Positions 60,918-64,000 of a stretch of 64,000 nt of DNA are shown one piece after another. Each line of letters opens with the position of its first letter. The first letter of the stretch is position 1. The DNA is from Candidatus Magasanikbacteria bacterium RIFOXYD1_FULL_40_23. GTDB taxonomy: Bacteria > Patescibacteriota > Patescibacteriia > Magasanikbacterales > GWA2-37-8. A program made the position numbers and the translations under genes. A model generated the notes under the pieces. That model searched no databases. It was not told where the DNA came from and saw only the letters and a program-made list of their open reading frames with translations. The stretch covers positions 146,824-210,823 of the forward strand of contig MFRA01000005.1 of assembly GCA_001783215.1 (NCBI GenBank), read 5' to 3'.

Positions 60918-60946
60918 TTGACAAAGTGTCTTATCTAAAATATACT
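60918..60946 (+). promoter_or_regulatory. sigma70 promoter of tRNA-Leu
   Basis: TTGACA-N17-TATACT. Confidence 0.75.
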
Positions 60947-60959
60947 GTTTTACAGATAG

Positions 60960-61041
60960 GCCGAAGTGGCGGAATTGGTAGACGCACACGACTCAAAATC
61001 GTGCGGAGAAATCCATGAGAGTTCGATTCTCTCCTTCGGCA
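60960..61041 (+). tRNA. tRNA-Leu(CAA)
   Basis: GCCGAAG/CTTCGGC acceptor, CACGA-CT-CAA-AA-TCGTG, long variable arm, GTTCGATTC. Confidence 0.96.
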
Positions 61042-61127
61042 CAATATTATTATTTCATGGCAATATTAACAAGAGAATGCCTTTCTTTTTAATATTGCCA
61101 TGAAATTGAAAACAGGAGGCAAGTCAA

Positions 61128-61385
61128 ATGATGAGAATCAGGGTTAGAGGAGAAGTCTATAATGGGAGAACGGCTGTAGAGCTGGTTTCCCATATGCGTT
61201 CCGACTTTAATGCGTTTGCGAGAAAGCCAGCAAGCTCCAATGCGGCTTATATGGATCGTAGGATTCAGTGGTTTAAGGCTCATTCTAACGTAGAAGTGGT
61301 GCGTGACGGAACGACAGAAGAAGATCAGTGTCTTTCGTTTATTCGTTCTATGGTCAACGGCGGGTTGGCAGAGGAGATCACGTGA
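61128..61385 (+). CDS. Small orphan protein
   Basis: AGGAGG at 61114; 85 aa; immediately downstream of tRNA-Leu. Confidence 0.65.
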   Translation: MMRIRVRGEVYNGRTAVELVSHMRSDFNAFARKPASSNAAYMDRRIQWFKAHSNVEVVRDGTTEEDQCLSFIRSMVNGGLAEEIT

Positions 61386-61543
61386 CTAAGATTGGCGGCG
61401 AGATAACATCAAGCCGTTTTTTTATTAGTGTCCGTAATGAAATAGAGGCCCGCCCAGGCACCTTTTGTTATAAACAGAAGGTCGGGCTTATTTTTAATTT
61501 ATGTGTTATAATATTCTAAGATTTAGAATTTCTAAATATTTAG

Positions 61544-61624
61544 AAGCAAAGCTTTGCAATTCCGTCAGGTCTCACAAATAAGAAAAATACATTTTTCTTA
61601 TTTGATTTAACCTTAGCAATTGTG
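61544..61624 (+). repeat. Family B element, copy B5 (ends on parA GTG)
   Basis: GCAAAGCTTTGCAATTCCGTC-AGGT..ACCT-TAGCAATTGTG. Confidence 0.78.
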
Positions 61625-62395
61625 GCCGAAATAATCGCAGTAGTGAACCAAAAAGGCGGGGTAGGCAAAACCACCACCGCTGTAAATTTAGCCGCTGCAT
61701 TGGCAGAGAGCGGTAAGTTTGTGTTGCTGGTAGATCTGGACCCTCAGGGTAATGCTACTTCTGGGTTGGGTATAAAATACCAAGAATTAGAAAGTGGCTT
61801 ATATCACAGTCTTTCCGGTCAAGCACGTTTGCACGATGTAGTTCACAATACTGCCCATGCTGGTTTGCGTGTAGCGCCAGCCACTCCAGATTTGGCAGGT
61901 GCAAATGTAGAGTTAGTAAATGTAGAGGGGAGAGAAACAAAATTAGCCGAGGTTTTATCCGAAGTATCTCATGCCTATGATTATATTATCATTGATTGCC
62001 CGCCTTCACTTGGGATACTTACAATAAATGGTCTAATTGCCGCCGATCATATTTTGATTCCGGTTCAAGCAGAATATTATGCTTTAGAAGGGTTGGGGCA
62101 ATTGCTAAAAACTATAGAACTTATACGTAGTAATCTAAAACCGGAATTAAAAGTTTTGGGCGCCGTGCTTACTATGTACGATTCGCGCAACAGTCTATCC
62201 GAAGAAGTGATGAATGATCTTTATAAATTTTTTCCAGACAATATTTTTCGTTCTGTTATTCCTCGCACTGTGCGATTGGCCGAAGCTCCTAGTTTTGGAC
62301 AGAGTATTTTTCATTACGACCCAAGTGGTAAAGCTGCCAAGGCTTATGAAAGATTGGGCAGAGAGTTTTTGGAGAGATTTGAAGAAAAATCATAA
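61622..62395 (+). CDS. parA: Chromosome partitioning ATPase ParA/Soj
   Basis: NQKGGVGKTTT, DLDPQGN, IDCPPSLG, LAEAPSFG. Confidence 0.96.
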   Translation: MAEIIAVVNQKGGVGKTTTAVNLAAALAESGKFVLLVDLDPQGNATSGLGIKYQELESGLYHSLSGQARLHDVVHNTAHAGLRVAPATPDLAGANVELVNVEGRETKLAEVLSEVSHAYDYIIIDCPPSLGILTINGLIAADHILIPVQAEYYALEGLGQLLKTIELIRSNLKPELKVLGAVLTMYDSRNSLSEEVMNDLYKFFPDNIFRSVIPRTVRLAEAPSFGQSIFHYDPSGKAAKAYERLGREFLERFEEKS

Positions 62396-62459
62396 TTCAC
62401 AATACACGCAACATGATTCATAAGTGGATTGTGCTGTGTGCATCATGTATCATGTTAGT

Positions 62460-63305
62460 ATGGCTTTAGGTAAAGGATTAAGCGCTCTAATATCCGGCGC
62501 GCCAAAACAAAAAATAGATTCTGTCCCTGGTGTAGATAATCAGGATAGAGTTTGGCATATTCCTGTGACTGCTATTACTCCGGGTGCAAATCAACCTCGT
62601 AAAAATTTTAACCAAGCCGAATTAGATGATTTGGCTTCTTCTATAAAAGAGCATGGTGTTTTGCAGCCAATAATTGTGACCGAACGGGTAGATGGTGGTT
62701 ACGAACTAATTGCTGGAGAAAGGCGTTGGCGCGCTGCACAACAGGTTGGTTTGGCTACTGTGCCAGCCTTAATTAAAAAATTAGTTGACCGACAAAAATT
62801 AGAAGTAGCGGTGATTGAAAACATTCAAAGAGAAAATTTAACACCAATAGAAGAGGCTTTTGCTTACCAAAGGTTAATGGAAGATTTTTCTCTTACTCAG
62901 CAAGAAGTAGCCGATAAAGTTGGAAAAAGCAGGCCGGCAGTAGCCAATTTTATTCGCCTCCTTGGTTTGCCAGAAGAAGTAAAAGCAGCTCTAAATGACA
63001 AGAGAATAAATATGAGTCAGGCGCGAGCGTTGCTATCTTTGGAAGATAAAGCCAAACAGCTAGACATGCTTTCGTCTATGCTTGGGCAGCGTATTACGGT
63101 GCGAGAACTAGAAAGAAATGTGGGGAAGCAGACAAATAAAAAAAGTCATCGCGATCCAAATTTAGCTTATTTGGAAGATAAGCTTCGTACGGCTTTGGGC
63201 ACCAAAGTAACTATGACAAAGAAAGGAGAGAGAGGTACTGTAGTAATAGATTTCTATTCTCAAGAAGAATTAACTCGTATAATCAAAAAAATAGTTCCTA
63301 ATTAG
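62460..63305 (+). CDS. parB: Chromosome partitioning protein ParB
   Basis: LGKGL.AL, QPRK, GERRWRA, ENIQRENL, HTH. Confidence 0.96.
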   Translation: MALGKGLSALISGAPKQKIDSVPGVDNQDRVWHIPVTAITPGANQPRKNFNQAELDDLASSIKEHGVLQPIIVTERVDGGYELIAGERRWRAAQQVGLATVPALIKKLVDRQKLEVAVIENIQRENLTPIEEAFAYQRLMEDFSLTQQEVADKVGKSRPAVANFIRLLGLPEEVKAALNDKRINMSQARALLSLEDKAKQLDMLSSMLGQRITVRELERNVGKQTNKKSHRDPNLAYLEDKLRTALGTKVTMTKKGERGTVVIDFYSQEELTRIIKKIVPN

Positions 63306-63322
63306 GAACTATTTTTTTGATT
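63281..63322. terminator. Perfect 42-bp palindrome at the parB 3' end (bidirectional terminator-like)
   Basis: AATCAAAAAAATAGTTCCTAA|TTAGGAACTATTTTTTTGATT. Confidence 0.7.
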
Positions 63323-63380
63323 CAGCGGAATATGTGATTTACCGAAATCATGCAGGGTAACGTCCATTGAAACGCGGCGC

Positions 63381-64000
63381 TTATTTTTTTGGAAGAATAA
63401 TTTTTAGCCACTTACTTTTTTCGGTTTTAAGTTTTTCTTTTATTTTTGATTTGGCTTGATGAGTTTTTACGTGCTTTAGCCAATCTACACTAGGGCCTTT
63501 GCGGTTTTTGTCGGTAAATACTTCTATCACATCTCCGCTTTTTAAAGGAGTGTCCAAGCTTACCAGTTGGTCATTTATTTTGGCGCCGTTGCATTGGTTG
63601 CCGATGTCGGTGTGAATGCTGTATGCAAAATCAATTGGGGTGGCGTCTTCCGGCAGGTCTATCACGTCTCCTTTGGGAGTAAAGACAAAAATTCGGTTTT
63701 TGAAAAAGTCCACCTTTAGTTCGTCTATATCGGATAATTTTTCCAAAATATTTTTTTGGATGTCGGCTAGTTCTTTGGCCCAGAAAATATCTTTGGATGG
63801 TAGGCGAGAGCCTTTTTCGTCGTAGTGCCAATGAGCGGCGATGCCGTATTCGGCTTCATCGTGCATAGAACGATCGCGGATTTGGAATTCTACAATTTGT
63901 CCATCAATACAAAAAACTGTGGTATGCAATGATTGGTAACCGTTTGGTTTTGGTTGGGAAATATAGTCTTTGATTCTTCCTTTGAGCGGGCGCCAAAGTT
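63381..64000 (-). CDS. RelA/SpoT homologue, C-terminal part (synthetase end + TGS)
   Basis: KDYISQPKPNGYQSLHTT, EFQIR, AAHW, VFTPKGD, DFAYSIHT; N-terminus lies outside the window. Confidence 0.93.
   Translation of the reverse strand, partial: LWRPLKGRIKDYISQPKPNGYQSLHTTVFCIDGQIVEFQIRDRSMHDEAEYGIAAHWHYDEKGSRLPSKDIFWAKELADIQKNILEKLSDIDELKVDFFKNRIFVFTPKGDVIDLPEDATPIDFAYSIHTDIGNQCNGAKINDQLVSLDTPLKSGDVIEVFTDKNRKGPSVDWLKHVKTHQAKSKIKEKLKTEKSKWLKIILPKK

Noticed and set aside
58860-61500. Prophage or island integrated at tRNA-Leu
   Set aside because: No integrase, phage genes or duplicated tRNA-Leu 3' end found in the window.
61622-63305. Plasmid-type partition cassette or parS site
   Set aside because: Soj/Spo0J-like chromosomal sequences in core context; no TGTTTCACGTGAAACA-like site noticed.

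Overview
AT-rich bacterial chromosome segment with hallmarks of a Patescibacteria/CPR genome (rpmD/L30 missing from the spc operon, short ProRS, TGS-terminated RSH, tRNAs without encoded CCA, AT-rich start contexts without Shine-Dalgarno); the taxonomy is inferred. Core content: a dUTPase/kinase/dCMP deaminase/pyruvate-kinase-like operon, rplA, thioredoxin-DipZ, proS, trpS, rlmH, tgt, carAB, pcrA, the str-S10-spc ribosomal cluster, secY-adk-map, ruvX-recO-asnS, parAB, part of an RSH gene, tRNA-Asn and tRNA-Leu. The str operon is split by a 2,000-aa surface protein plus an ABC transporter. GC-richer orphan genes with their own promoter, SD and terminator are scattered between core genes. Most notable are three families of short palindromic elements. 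Family C arms enclose a GIY-YIG nuclease gene between carA and carB, occur as an empty copy next to it, and are inserted in frame inside tgt. Families A and B (5 copies each) fill intergenic spacers, several inside ribosomal-protein operons, and show covarying stems with tandem G.A / GNA-triloop signatures. Other leads: a 917-aa coiled-coil/metallophosphoesterase protein, an unannotated 40-aa highly basic ORF, a degenerate pyruvate kinase and a candidate small RNA. Product calls come from motif recognition only; no searches were run.
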